A DNA stretch of 64,000 bases, from positions 18,166,001 to 18,230,000 of the forward strand of contig OY740795.1 of the NCBI GenBank assembly GCA_963514005.1, given 5' to 3'. This document shows positions 26,913 to 40,149 of the stretch, piece after piece. A program made the translations under genes and the position numbers. Source of the stretch: Raja brachyura. Its lineage: Eukaryota. The stretch's first letter is position 1. Every line of letters starts with the position of its first letter. The notes beneath the pieces were generated by a model that was not told the origin of the DNA, did no database searches, and was given only the letters and a program-made list of their open reading frames with translations.

Positions 26913-28157
26913 TTCTTCTGTTTTCAGCTCTTCATGAGATGACGGAGGAAGACCCTGTATCACTGGCCCAAGGCGTTTGTGCAGTCCCGTCTGTTTGTGT
27001 GTTTAATCACAGAATACGTTTCTCTAAGTGATGCTGGTTGTGGGTTTTTTTTGATGTTCAAAGTGTTGACTGAGGATTCTTTCCCTTTGAATCTCCTGTA
27101 TCATGTCCCATCTCGTCCTGCGCTCTGAGTGCACCCACCGGGTGCTGCGATAAGGGATTGGCCTTTGCGCCACTCTGTTGGCCCGGGGTGGTGCTATAGA
27201 GCAGTGCCCTGGTGCGGCAAACCCAGATACTGCCGTGTGCTCACCTAGCAACCCTGCACTCGCGGTCTGAGACCTCGTCGGCAAAGTGGCGCAGTGGTAG
27301 AGTTATTGCCTTGTAGCACCAGAGACCTCGGTTCCATCCTAACTATGGGTGCTATCTGCACAGAGTTTGCACGTTCTCTCTGTGACCATGTGGGTTTTCT
27401 CCAGGTGCTCCAGTTTCGTCCCACATCCCAAAGGTTTGTAGGTTAATTGTCCTCTGTAAATAAAACGATACAATACCCACCCTGAATCCTAACCACAACC
27501 GTACCTCAGCAACTATGATCTTCTATCTGTACTGTTTCCGTTGTACTATGGTCTTTGCTTGGTTATCAATTAGTTCCTGATTATTAATTTATTGTATTGT
27601 TGATGATTACGTATTTGTCTGTGCGTTGTAGCGTTAATGAACCTGTTAAACTGCAGCAAGTAAGAATTTCATCATCCCTCTTTCAGTGCATGACAATTAA
27701 ATGGTCTTAAGGCATAGAACATAGCACAGGAACAGGCCCTTCAGTCCTCAATATCCCACCCGAACAGGATGCCAAGGCTAACTCATATCTGCCTGCACAT
27801 AATTTATATGTTTCCCTCCATTCCCTGCATGACGTGCCTTTCCAAAAGCCTCTTAAACGCCGCTATCGAATCTGCCTTGCGCACCAGCCCGGTGCGTTCC
27901 AGGCAACCACCATTACTTTACACTCTATGTAAAAAAAACCATCCTGCACATCTTTAAACGTTGCCCCTCTCACCTTGAAACATTTCCACCCTGAAAAAAG
28001 GTTCTAATTGTCTACTCAAACTGTGCCTCTCGCAAGTTTTGACACTCTTGACTCTCAGGTTCCTGACATGACTGCCCATACAATGTTATGTAAAGTTTTG
28101 CTGTGCTAGACACATTCAGTTTGTTTTCATCACCGTTAATTTGTGGGAGTTAATCCA

Positions 28158-28455
28158 GGGTGGCGCAGTGGTGGAGTTGCTGCCTTACAGCGCCAGAGAA
28201 CAGGGTTCCATCCTGACTACAGGTGCTGTCTATACTGAGTTTGTACGTTCTCCCCGTGACCTGCTTGAGTTTACTCCGGGAGCTCTGGTTTCCTCCCACA
28301 CTCCAAAGACATACAGGTTTGTAGGTTGATTAGCTTGGTATAATTGTAAATTGTCCCTCGTGCCAGATAGTGTTAGTGTGCGGGGATCGCTGGTTGGTGT
28401 GGACTTGGTGGGCCAAAGGGCCTGTTTCTGCACTGTATCTCCAAACTAAACTAAA
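28158..28455 (+). mobile_element. V-SINE (HE1-like)
   Basis: Same head, V-domain and tail architecture as 26088-26392. Confidence 0.85.
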
Positions 28456-29139
28456 ATTCCCCTGCCCCTGAGAGCGAGGCAGAGCAGCAAGGGTTAAAAT
28501 CTTGACTCCAGTGGGTTTGGGTCACCTCCAACGTGGAGAATCTGCAACACAATAACACTCCACTGCAGGTTAATGTCAAGGATTAGTCAAACTACTTGAC
28601 GATAAAGCTTGTGAAGGGATGCTTACAAGAGCCTGTTGCCAGGGCCGGCCGAGCTACTTTGGCTGGTTGCTAGGGGCAAGGTATCGAGGTGCAATGTAGA
28701 CATGCCCAGTCACGGCCAAGGGGAGAATTGAACATTGACAAAGAAATTGTTACTCTAAATAATCTTCTCTTTGGAAAGCGAGTGGGGACAGGTCTCCCCC
28801 AGTGTGTGATTAGCTGTGATCAGAGCAGCGTAGTTAGTCTCTGCTCGGTCTGCATTGGGGCGCTGTGTTAGATCTCCAGCACTTCGCTTCAACTAATAAG
28901 CTCCTTTTGCAAACCGTTCCCCCGGACAAAGGTGTTTATTTATATTTTAACATTGCCTGGCCTTTTCTCTCTGCTCCACTCCAACTTTTGGTGTGGTCTC
29001 CATCTTAATAAAGTCTGACCCCGCTGATATGCCGGGTCAGTCAAATAAAATAGTCACCGCTCTCTTTTTTTTTTGCCTGTGTGCTGCGGCCTTGCTCCTT
29101 AAAATGTTTTGCAAACTTCGGTCAGCGTTGTCCTGCGGA

Positions 29140-29638
29140 ACAGCTCCATCCAAGAAATTGCAGAGAGCTGTGGACGTAGCCCAGACCATCACACAAACCA
29201 ACCTCTCGTTCCTTTGACTGCATTGGCACTTCACGCGGGCTCGGCAAGGCCACCAGCATAATCAAGAACGAGTCTCACCCCGGTCACTCCCACTTCTCCC
29301 CTCTCCCATCAGGCAACAGATACAGAAGTATGAAAACGCACACCTCCAAACTAAGGGACACTTTCTTCCCAGCTGCTATCAGGCAACCAAAACCATCGTA
29401 TCACCAACTAGAAAACAGTCCTGAGCTACCGTCTACCTCATTGGAGACCCTCGGACTATCTTTAATCAGACTATGCTGGACTTTATCTTGCACGAAACAT
29501 TATTTCCTTTATTTTGTATCTGTGGACTGTGGGCGACTTGATTGTAATCATGTATAGTCTTTTTGCTGACTGGATAGCACACAACAAAAAGCTTTTCACT
29601 GTACCTCGGTGCATGTAAAAATAGTAAACTAAACTGAA
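29140..29638 (+). mobile_element. Rex1/Babar 3'-end derived repeat; representative of many copies
   Basis: KKLQRAVDVAQTIT...KLRDTFFPAAIR plus the shared 3' UTR ending AAAAGCTTTTCACTGTACCTCGG...AAACTAAA; similar copies near 9215, 13470, 20810, 31620, 34480, 46970, 56680. Confidence 0.75.
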
Positions 29639-30771
29639 ACGATGTCTTCCCTCGACCACGGGTGAGACAAAAGGATACGGTAGTGATGTTTAAGCGGCGT
29701 TTAGACAGGCGCATGAATACACGGGGATAGACACAAAATGCTGCAGTATCTCAACGGGACAGGCGGCATCTCTAGAAAGAAGGAATGGGTAACGTTTCAG
29801 GTCGAGACACTTCTTCAGACTGAGACTGATACACAAGGAATGAAGGGATATGGATAACATGCAGGCAAGGAGATTAATTTAACATCATGTTCAGCATTGA
29901 CATGGTGGGCCAAAGGGCCCGTTCCTGCCCTGTACTGTTCTATGATTGTTTCTCAGTGATATTGGGAATAACGAAAAGCAGTTTAACAAAGTCTGACGCC
30001 ACTGATATAAACTGAAAAAAGTACAGAAAAAATGTACAAGGATGTTGCCAGAACTAAAGGGTGTGAGCTACAGGGAGAGGTTGGGCAAGTTAGGAATTTA
30101 TTCTTTGGGGTGCAGGAAGCTGAGGGGTGATCTTATGGAGATGTATAAAATCATGAAGGGGATAGATAGGGTTAAAGCACAGAGAAAGCAACATGCCACA
30201 TCGACACTAGTCTCACCTGCCTGCATTTGGTGCACATCCCTCTAAGCCTATCCTATCCATGTACTTGTCTAAATGTTTCTTAAATTTTACGATAGTACCT
30301 GTCTCGACTACCTCCTCCGGCAGTAGACAACAATGCTGAAGAAACTCAGCGGGTGAGGCAGCATCTACGGAGAGAAGGAATGGGTGACGTTTCGGGTCGA
30401 GACCTCCTCCGGCAGCTCACTCCATACACCCAGCATCCTTTGTGTGAAAACGTTGTTCCTCAGGTTCCTATTAAATTTCCCCATCACCTTAAACCTATGT
30501 CCTCTGGTTCACAAATCCCCTACTCTGGGTAATATAGACTTTTACCTGATTTACCTTATATATACCTGTGTTTACCTGATCTATTCCTCTCATGATTTTG
30601 TACGCCTCTATAAGATCACCCCTCATCCTCCAAGGAATAAAGGAATAAGCTTGCCTAACCTCTCCCCATAGCTCAGGCCCTCGAATACTGGCAACATCCT
30701 TGTAAATCTTCTCTGCACCCTTTCCAGCTTGACGACATCTTAATCAATGCTGTGTGTCTGATCCATTCCAG

Positions 30772-30912
30772 TGGCCACCTGGAGAGCAGCCTGGGGTCGG
30801 ACTTCCGAAGGGGAGCCGGGGTCCTGGACATCGTGTACGAGAGCCCCTCGGTTGTGCTGAGTTGCGGGTACGATTCCTACATCAGGCAGTGGGACACACG
30901 GGCCGGCACCAG
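30772..30912 (+). CDS. FBXW4: FBXW4 internal coding exon (141 nt)
   Basis: ccattccag|T...AG|gtaagc; GHLESSLGSDFRRGAGVLDIVYESPSVVLSCGYDSYIRQWDTRAGT (WD40 repeat). Confidence 0.95.
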
Positions 30913-31937
30913 GTAAGCCCAGCTTCTCCAGCCTCCGAGCACCGCTCCCCACTCCTCTCTATCTGCACACGCTCGCATGTAAAAAACAAGAGCCGTGCTT
31001 TGGGCTCGTCTGTACCACGGTCATGAGATGCCCCAAACCATTTCCCAGCCAGTCACAGATTCATACAGCACAGAAACAGGCCCTGGGGAGACGGGGGGGA
31101 TTCACCTGCAGTGAACCCAGGCCTGTGTGAAGAGAGAGCATGTAGTGGTACAGCGTTGTGATTCTCTCTCCCTGTGGGATAATGCTGCCATCTGCTGGAT
31201 AGCCAGAGAGATTCATACTCTGGCAAACACACCCAGTCTGAGGTGAGTAATGTGGCTGATTTGACTTTAGAGATACAGCGCTGAAACAGGCCCTTGAGCC
31301 CACTGTTCACACCGGCCAGTGATCACCCCATATACGAGCAATATACTACACGCTGGGGACAATTTACATTTACAGAAGCCAATTAGCCTACACACCTGCA
31401 TGTCTTTGGAGTGAGGGAGGAAACCGGAGCACCGGGTGAAAACCCACACGGTCACAGGATGTACAAACTGCGTACAGACAGCACACCCAGGATCGAACCT
31501 GGGACTCTGGCACTGTGAGGCAGCAATTCTACCACTGCGCTGCAGTGCCGCCCCATATAAATGACTAGATAAAGACTTTCATTCAGAGGGTGGTGGGTAT
31601 ATGGAAGCGCTGCCAGAGAAGGAAGCTCCCAGATTCGGGGACAGTGTTGCCCAGCTGTTATCAGGTAACTGCGCCATCCAATCATCAACCAGTGAGCAGT
31701 CCTGAGTTACCATCTACCTCATTGGACACCTTTGAATTGGACTTTACTGGACTTTATCTCGCACTAAAGGTTATTTTATTCCATTTATCCTGTATTTGCA
31801 CACTGTGGACGACTTGTTTTTAATCATGTAGTCATTTTGCTGACTGGATAGCACGCAACTGAAAAGCCTCTACCAGCTGCACCAAGGTGCTGCCCAAATG
31901 CCGCATTCTCAGTTCTAACCTGCCCCTTCTGTAACAG

Positions 31938-32079
31938 GCGCTGTGTGATGGAATGGGAGGAGCCCCACGACAGCGCTCTCTACTGCCTGCAGACCGACGG
32001 GAACTACATGATCGCCAGTGGCTCCTCGCACTATGGGGTGGTCCGCCTCTGGGACAGGAGGCAGTCAAAGAGCCTCCAG
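31938..32079 (+). CDS. FBXW4: FBXW4 penultimate coding exon (142 nt)
   Basis: gtaacag|G...CAG|gtagga; RCVMEWEEPHDSALYCLQTDGNYMIASGSSHYGVVRLWDRRQSKSLQ. Confidence 0.95.
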
Positions 32080-32129
32080 GTAGGATGGGTGGGGCAGAGA
32101 GTTTGACCAAATCACCCATGATCACCCGG

Positions 32130-32520
32130 AGTGTGATTGTCCCGGTGGGTCCTGTCTGTGGATTTTGAGATGGCTGATCCTGAAGCCACAGGCGTCCTGT
32201 CCCTCCAGGCGCACGCCCATGGGTGACGTCTTTACCGCGGGGAGACTGGTGCACGGACAACCATCACACGGTCTCCGACAGAGACTGACCTGGGTCAAAC
32301 AGCATGGAATCCACCACGGTTGGGAGCCTCTCCCCGCTGCCGCCTTCTCAGCCCTTGTGGTCCCCACCCACCGGCCAGCCACCATCCTCCGTCGAGATCT
32401 TTTTGGGCCGCGCTTGGCAAGGAACCTCCCCCTCGTGCTCCCAGCCAGCACAGCTCCACACGGATCTCAGGATCACACAGGCATCTCCACCACAACAAAG
32501 TGATGACCCTTAGAGGAGTC
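32130..32520 (-). mobile_element. Possible RTE-clade LINE 5' UTR remnant
   Basis: Minus strand CACTTTGTTGTGGTGGAG...GAGCTGTGCTGGCTGG...GTGCACCAGTCTCCCC resembles RTE 5' UTRs as I recall them; no ORF support. Confidence 0.35.
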
Positions 32521-32763
32521 CCATTGTAGACACCTGGTAATTGAACCCATATCATTTTCCACTGGAGGCCAGTCAGCAATACCCAACAAAACCACCCTGG
32601 CACCAACAATACGCGGTTTTGGGTGGATAATGGTGACTGGCATCCTCGGGCAAGGACTTGATTTACTCTCATCTCTGAGGGTTGTCTTCACATCGTCAGT
32701 TGTTGAGGCAAGGGACCCTGACAGGGTTTCGAACCATTGAAAACATAACTTCCCTTTCCCTTT

Positions 32764-33135
32764 GCCAAACGCAAATTGGAGGAACAGCACCTCATATTTT
32801 GCTTGAACACCGTACAACCCATCAGTATTAATATTGATGTCTCTAACTTCAAGTAACCCTTACATCTCCTCTCTCTTCATCCACCCCCCACTCTAATAAT
32901 CATACTAGTTTTAGCGTAGCTCTGCTGAGTTTTACTGTTTGTATGACTCGTTATCACCTTTCCCACAGCCAACAATGGACCATCGTAGGCTCTACCATCC
33001 CTTGATCATCGTTGCTGGCTTTGATTTGTTCTATGTACATTATCATATCTCTCGTTTCTCTCTCCTGACTGTCTGAAGAAGGGACTCGACCTGTAATGTC
33101 ACCAACACCTTTTCTCCAGTGATGTTGCCTGACCT
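32764..33135 (+). mobile_element. Penelope-like element 3' end: GIY-YIG C-terminus plus pLTR with decayed hammerhead motif
   Basis: AKRKLEEQHLIFCLNTVQPISINIDVSNFK* (32764-32856), followed by CTGAAGAAGGGACTCGACC at ~33073; links the motif family to Penelope. Confidence 0.75.
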
Positions 33136-33457
33136 TTAGAGGGTGGATGAGAAAGTGGGGTAACATAGAACCAGTGTGAATAGTTGATCGATCATGATGT
33201 TCGGCGTGGGCTTGGTGGGCCGAGGGGCTTATTTCCATGCTGTATCTCTGAACTAAACAAAATTAAACATCCCATCCCGGTCACAGCTTCTTCTCCCCAT
33301 TCCCATCCGGCTGAAGGAACAGAAGCTTGAAATGTGCGCATCACCAGATGCAGGAACAGCTTCTTGATCTATCTTTCAATCCATCAAAAGTGACAAACTG
33401 GTCACAAATCGGAGCAGGCACGTTTCCGCGCTAACTTGTTGTTTCCTCTTCCACCAG

Positions 33458-33640
33458 ATGTTCTTCCTCTCCTCCCCCAACAGCAGTCCTGTGTACTGCC
33501 TCCGGTTTACTACCTCCCACCTCTATGCTGCCTTAGCCAATGCACTTTACACACTGGACTTCACATCCTCCAAGCTTTGGGGCTTGCCAGGTAAAGAGCC
33601 CCAGACACCAACCGTGACATATCCAGGACGGTGCACCTGA
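33458..33640 (+). CDS. FBXW4: FBXW4 terminal coding exon
   Basis: ttccaccag| acceptor, phase 0; MFFLSSPNSSPVYCLRFTTSHLYAALANALYTLDF... to TGA. Confidence 0.9.
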   Translation: MFFLSSPNSSPVYCLRFTTSHLYAALANALYTLDFTSSKLWGLPGKEPQTPTVTYPGRCT

Positions 33641-33910
33641 AGTCAAGGTCCGCCCAGCACACTGGCAGATGATGCATTTGGAACAGATACCACTCCTTCA
33701 CCCTTCCAGCTCTGCAGTCTTTAAAAGTCACCTCCTATGGCTTTTTTTTTAATATAAAAGAGAGTGTTCTTTATTTGCAATAACTTTTATATGACTAGTG
33801 AATGAGGTTGTCCATTCGCTCGAAGCGTCATCTGTAACTGGATTTGTGTACAGTCGGAAGGTGCTAAAGGCTGCACCAGTGTCCGGGTGTTTGAATGCAA
33901 TTCAAAAAAT

Positions 33911-33916
33911 AATAAA
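33911..33916 (+). terminator. Probable FBXW4 polyadenylation signal AATAAA
   Basis: AATAAA about 270 nt after the stop, at the end of the TE-free 3' UTR. Confidence 0.6.
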
Positions 33917-35058
33917 AAACCTTGCATTTGCAAGCGACACATACTGATCTATCAGTTATCTCATGTTGTAATGCCAGCAAAGGCAACAGCTGGTTTGTAC
34001 ATACAATTATGACTTTTGAAAGACATTTGGACAGACATATGGATAGAAAAGGTCTAGAGGACTATGTGCTAAATAGGACTAGTCCACAGTATGCCAGTGG
34101 TAGAGTCGCTGCCTCACAGCACCAGAGACCCGGGTTCAATGAGGTCTGTATGGAGTTTGCACGTTCTCCCCGTGACCGCATTGGTTTCCTACATGTGCTC
34201 CGTTTTTCTCCCATAGCCCAAAGAAGTGCAGATTTGTTGGTTAATTGGCTTCTGTAAATTGTCCCTAGTGTGCAGGATAACCCTAGTGTACAGGTGATCA
34301 CTGGTCTAATAGCCTCATTCTGTTCCATGAACTAGGTGGGCTGAAGGACCTGTGTCCATATTTTATGACTGACTCTTTGTGAGTGCTACCACACGGAGTG
34401 AGGTATCCCAGTAAGTGACTGATTTGACACCATGAAGGGCTTTGAGGGCGTGGGAAACAAATGTCATGACAATATCAGATGTAGAAAGCATTTTATCGGG
34501 ATGCATCACAGCTTGGTTTGGGAACAGCTCCATCCAAGACTGCAAGAAATTGTGGAGAAGTGTGTACGCAGCCCAGATAATCACATAAACCTACCTCGCT
34601 CCCATTTACATTTCATACTGCCTCAATGAGGCCACCAGCATAATCAAGGACCAGTCTCACCCCGGTCACTCCCTCTTCTCCCATCAGGCAAGAGATACAG
34701 AAGTGTAAAAACGCACACCCCCAGGTTCAGGAACAGTTTCTTCCCATCTGTTATCAGGCAACTGAATCATCCTACCAACGACTAGAGAACGGTCCTGAGC
34801 TTCCATCTACTTCATTGTAGACTCTCAGACCATCTTAAATCAAACTTTACCTTGCACTAAACGTTATTCCCCTTATCATGTATCTGCACACTGTGGACAG
34901 CTTGAGTGTAATCATGTAGTCTTTCCTCTGACCGGATAGCATGCAACAAAAAGCTTTTCACTGTACCTTGGTACACGCGATATTAAACTAAACTGTTGGT
35001 AGAATTTACTATGACCACCATAAAATGAAGACATTCTATATTCAAAAACTACCAGAAC

Positions 35059-35064
35059 TTTAAT
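35059..35064 (-). terminator. Possible DPCD polyadenylation signal ATTAAA
   Basis: TTTAAT on +, about 110 nt downstream of the DPCD stop and just before repeat sequence begins. Confidence 0.5.
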
Positions 35065-35173
35065 GGGATTTTAAATATACAACTGGAAGGTGGATTTGAA
35101 GTAGTGTGTGCGACCACAGGTTTGTGCCTTCTCCCTACACGTTGCCTGTGGAGGCAGACACCAGTGCTGAGGA

Positions 35174-35278
35174 TCACTGTGTTTTACACTGCACATCTCC
35201 ATCCTCTGCCACCTTCATCTTCTTCAGTTCCTGCTGCACCTCCTGCTCCAGCTGCAGGATTGCTGTCGGCTTTTGATA
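35174..35278 (-). CDS. DPCD: DPCD coding exon 6 (terminal)
   Basis: cccatcag|; YQKPTAILQLEQEVQQELKKMKVAEDGDVQCKTQ*. Confidence 0.94.
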   Translation of the reverse strand, partial: YQKPTAILQLEQEVQQELKKMKVAEDGDVQCKTQ

Positions 35279-36273
35279 CTGATGGGAGGGAAAAGTATCC
35301 AGTGAACACATTTACAGTCAGCACCCAGCCAGCCCGCCCGTCCCTTCAGCTGTTAACACCATGCCGCTCTCAACCACACGCATCGCCACCACTTTGCCGA
35401 TACATGGAAATGCAGATGTTGGTTTACAAAAAATACACAAAGAGCTGTAGGAACAATGGGTCGGGCAGCATCTCTTGAAGGCACTAGATAGATGATGTTT
35501 TGGGTCAGGACCATTCTTCAGACTGATTGTAGTAGGGGAGAGAATACTGGAAGAGAGGTGGGGGCAGAACAAAGCCGGGTGAGTGATAGTCAAATCAAGT
35601 CAAGTGAGTTTATTGTCATGTGTCCCTGATAGGACAATGAAATTCTTGCTTTGCTTCAGCACAACAGAACATAGTAGGCATTGACTACAAAACAGATCAG
35701 TGTGTCCATATACCATTATATATGTAAATACACACGTGAATAAATAAGTGGATATAGTTGAGGGGGTTGATAGGCTGATGGTTGGACAAAAGCCAGAGAC
35801 GAAAAGACAAAAGGTCGTGAGAAAAGGCAAAAGGACAGAGTGTTGGTCTCAACCCAAAACGTCACCTATCCAAGTTCTCCAGAGATGCTGCCTGACCTGC
35901 TGAGTTACTCCAGCACTTTGTGTCCTTTTGTGTATTAACCACCATCGGCTGTTCGCTGTTTCTATACTACGGATGCAAGAGGCATGACATTTGAAGTCAG
36001 AGTATGGGATATAGGTGGAAGGAGAAGGGGGAAAAGAACCACTTTTCTGCCTCCACTCCCGTGGCCTGAATTGTCCACAATTGGACACGGTTCTGAATTT
36101 GTGGCCTAAGATTCTCTCCTGGATTATTTTTACCACTACTCCTTCTGCAAATCCAGGGGAGTCGCTGACCTGCCCGACATTGAATGATTTAAAAATCATC
36201 TGAAGCAGCTGGGCCAGCCAAATACGATGAGGCTGCTCTATACCTGTGCTCTCAGTCTGTGCATGGAAGGTTA

Positions 36274-36543
<270 letters not shown>

Positions 36544-38179
36544 TCAATCATGGCTGATCTATTTTTCCCTCTCATCCCTATTCTCCTGCCTTCTCCCCAC
36601 AACCTTTGACATGCTTACTAAATCAAGAACCTATTAATATCTGCCTCATGTTAACAGTGTTAACATAAAGAGAAACAACTTGCATCTGAACGTACTGATA
36701 CTCCCCCCAGGATATCCCAATGCATCTTCTCATTCCCTTAAAGCTCCGACCCTGGTCCTGAGATGGGAATTTCCTCCCTCTCTAAACCAGCCATGGGTTT
36801 ATCCAGCTCCGCAGCCAGAGATCTACCCTATCAACACAAATGAATGCTGGGATTCTGAAAAAAACACTGGTTTTGAGGTCTAATCACTTTTTTTCTTGAT
36901 TGAAAGACACGGCACAGAAACAGCCCCTTTGGCCCACGAGTCCACGTCAACCATCAATCACCTATATTATCCCACTTTCTCATCCACTCCCTACACATTA
37001 GGGGTAATTAACCTACAAACCCGCACGTCTTTGGGATGTGGGAGGAAACTGGAGCACCCTTATCCCCCTTCCAGGGACACAACTGGGATCATCATAGGGC
37101 GAGGGAAAACTTAATAATGCCACATAAAATTATGAGTGTCATAGATAGGCTAGACATTCAGGTGGAAAATACAACCGAGCGTAGATTTAAGGTCCAAGGG
37201 GGAAAATGTAAAGATGTGCAGGGCACGGTTTTTTTTTTACACAGAGGGTGGTGGATGCCTAGAACGTGCTGCAAGTGGTGGTGGTATTTAAAGAGGCTTT
37301 TACATAGGCACATGGATGTGCAGGGAATGGAGGGATACAGATCACATGTAGGCAGAGGTGATTTGTTTGATCTTAGGATACAAGGCATGACATTTGGGAT
37401 GGAGGCACGCTGAATTTCTTCAGGGGATAGTGAACCCCTGGAATTCCCTGTCACAGGAGGCTATGGAGAACAACTTACTCAATATACTTGGAAGGCAAAT
37501 AAATGTCTAGCACAAGAAGCTTTGAGGTTACTCACACTCTGCCGTTTACCCTGTCCACGTCCACCAGATCAAACTTCCACAGATGCTTCCTACATATGTG
37601 GGCGGCCCAGTGGCGCAGCAGGTAGAGCTGCTGCCTCACAACGCCAGATACCCGGATTCGAGCCTAACCGCAGGTGCTGTCTGTGCGTGGAGTTTGCACA
37701 TTCTCCCTGTGACTGCGTGGGTGTCCTACGGGTGCTCTAGTTTCCTCCCACGTTCCAAAAACGTGCGGATTTGTAGGTTTATTGGCCCTCTGTAAAAGAA
37801 AATTGTCTCTAATGTGAAGGGAGTGGGTTAACATAGAACTAGTGTGAACATGATCAATGGTCAGCATGGACAATGTGGGCCAAAGGACCTGTTCCCATGC
37901 TGTATCTCTAAACTAATCATCAATGGGTGTCTGAAAGAGGAGAGGGACCATGGGCATGGGGTTGTTGTAGAATTGTAACAGTAGCAAAGTAAACTAATTG
38001 GCCTACGTCCATGTCTGCATGCTGCTGGAGAGGGAACACACGGTGTCCCTGAGGACTTGAGGCCTTCCGTGCATGCTGGTCGCCACAGGGGAGGGGGGGA
38101 ACGGGACATCCAGTGCATCGTGGATATGGATGATAATGTTGTCATTTGATTGATCTTAGCATTGCTTTATAACGGATTA

Positions 38180-38512
<333 letters not shown>

Positions 38513-38945
38513 CTACATACATTATTATTGTGTTAATGGTCGTGTTAAGCTGCAGTAAGTAATAATTGCACTTCTGTTGTAAGTACATGTGGCAATAGAC
38601 ATAAACACTTTTAGATGGTGAAACAAACTCATGGAACCAAATAACTTTAGAGTTATTCAGCGCAGGAACAGACTATTCGGCCCAATTCTTTCATGCCAAC
38701 CAAGATGCCCAATCTAGGCTGGTCCCATTTGCCCGCATTTAACTCATATCCCTCTGCACCTTTATTTCTTATGTTATTTTGTCTTTTTTAATCAATGGAG
38801 GGAGGCTAAAAATGATCAGCCAATCCAACTCAAGTAGTTTCTGTAGGTTCAGGAAGGCTTGTGCCCTCCTGGCTCCGCAGGTACTCACTCTGATGAATAC
38901 GGAGCACTTTAAGAGTTGTTTACGACCCTTGCTCCAGACACTTAC

Positions 38946-39070
38946 ACTGCTGCCACTCTCGTGTATCAGCTGCTGCTCCAAGGTCACTGCAGGTCGAGAA
39001 GACGCTTCACCCACCTCGAATTGCCACTGCCCAGGCGATCCCAGTGTGGTCTTCTGCTTCCACTTCCTGA
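38946..39070 (-). CDS. DPCD: DPCD coding exon 3
   Basis: ttgtag|TC...AGT|gtaagt; VRKWKQKTTLGSPGQWQFEVGEASSRPAVTLEQQLIHESGSS. Confidence 0.94.
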
Positions 39071-39797
39071 CTACAAGCAAAGGTCTCAAAATGAACATTC
39101 GAAGAGAACCATTAAAAAACGTGATGCCAAGACCAATTTATATCTGCCTGCATATAATCCATGTTCCTCCATTCCCTGCATATCCATAGGTCTCTTAGAC
39201 ACCACTATAATTTCTGCGTCCACCATCACCTCCGGCAGCACATTCCAGGCACTCACCACACATTGTGCTCATCTCCTTTAAACTTTTCCCCTCTCACCTT
39301 AAAACTCACCTCTGCTATTTGATTTTTCCATTCTGAGAAAAAGGTTCCGACTATCTACTCTATCTATGCCTCTCATAATTTGATATACTTCAATCAGGCC
39401 TCCCTGGAACCTCTGGCATGCCAGAACAAACATTTCAAGTCAGTCCAACCTCTCCCTGTAGCTAACTAGTACCCCTAATTCAGCCATCATTCTGGTAAAC
39501 CTCCTCTGCACCCTTTCCATTCTTGCTGCTATGGGGCGACCAGAACTGCACGCAATACTCGAAATGCAGCTTAATCGAAGTCCTATAAAGCTATATCATG
39601 AATTCCTGCCTCTTATGCTCAATGCCTCGACCATTGAAGGCAAGCATACCGTAGGCATTATCACTGGGTATGACTTGCAACTGATCACCCAACACTACCC
39701 CTATTTACTCTATAAGCACGATTAATACAATTGAAAAACAAATACTAAATAGTTATACAAAACCAACAAGTTGCCAGTGGACGCGTGTAATTCTTAC

Positions 39798-39878
39798 CCT
39801 TTAGTTGATCGCTGGAAATGTCATATTCTTCCACCATTTCTGCACCATCGGCAAATACATAATGGACTTTCCTCTTAC
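39798..39878 (-). CDS. DPCD: DPCD coding exon 2
   Basis: cccctag|GT...G|gtaaga; GKRKVHYVFADGAEMVEEYDISSDQLK. Confidence 0.93.
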
Positions 39879-40149
39879 CTAGGGGTTTGCAAGGGAGTCA
39901 GGAACAGAGTTAGTAACCATTGTAACAATCAACACAAGTGGCAGAGATGATGTATGGAGATACAAGAGAGTACAGATGCAATCTTGAATACAGAAGTACA
40001 GAAGGAATCTTGAGCAAAACACACAAAGTGTTGGAGGAATTCCCGGTTGGAAGTTCCCAGCCAGCAGCAGAGGCCCCCGCGAGCCGCGGCCATACCTTGA
40101 CAGCAGGCCCTGCACGCTCACCATGGAACCAGGAACCCGACTGGAGTTG

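Larger units (their letters stand above)
3278..33640 (+). other. FBXW4: FBXW4 (dactylin, F-box/WD40 protein 4), 3' part of gene; CDS join(3278..3343,30772..30912,31938..32079,33458..33640); upstream exons lie outside the window
   Basis: Four GT-AG exons splice in frame into WD40 sequence recognisable as the FBXW4 C-terminal half; neighbours DPCD and POLL match the known synteny. Confidence 0.95.

Noticed and set aside
33626-33640. CaaX prenylation motif at the FBXW4 C-terminus (GRCT)
   Set aside because: The cysteine is second from the end, not fourth
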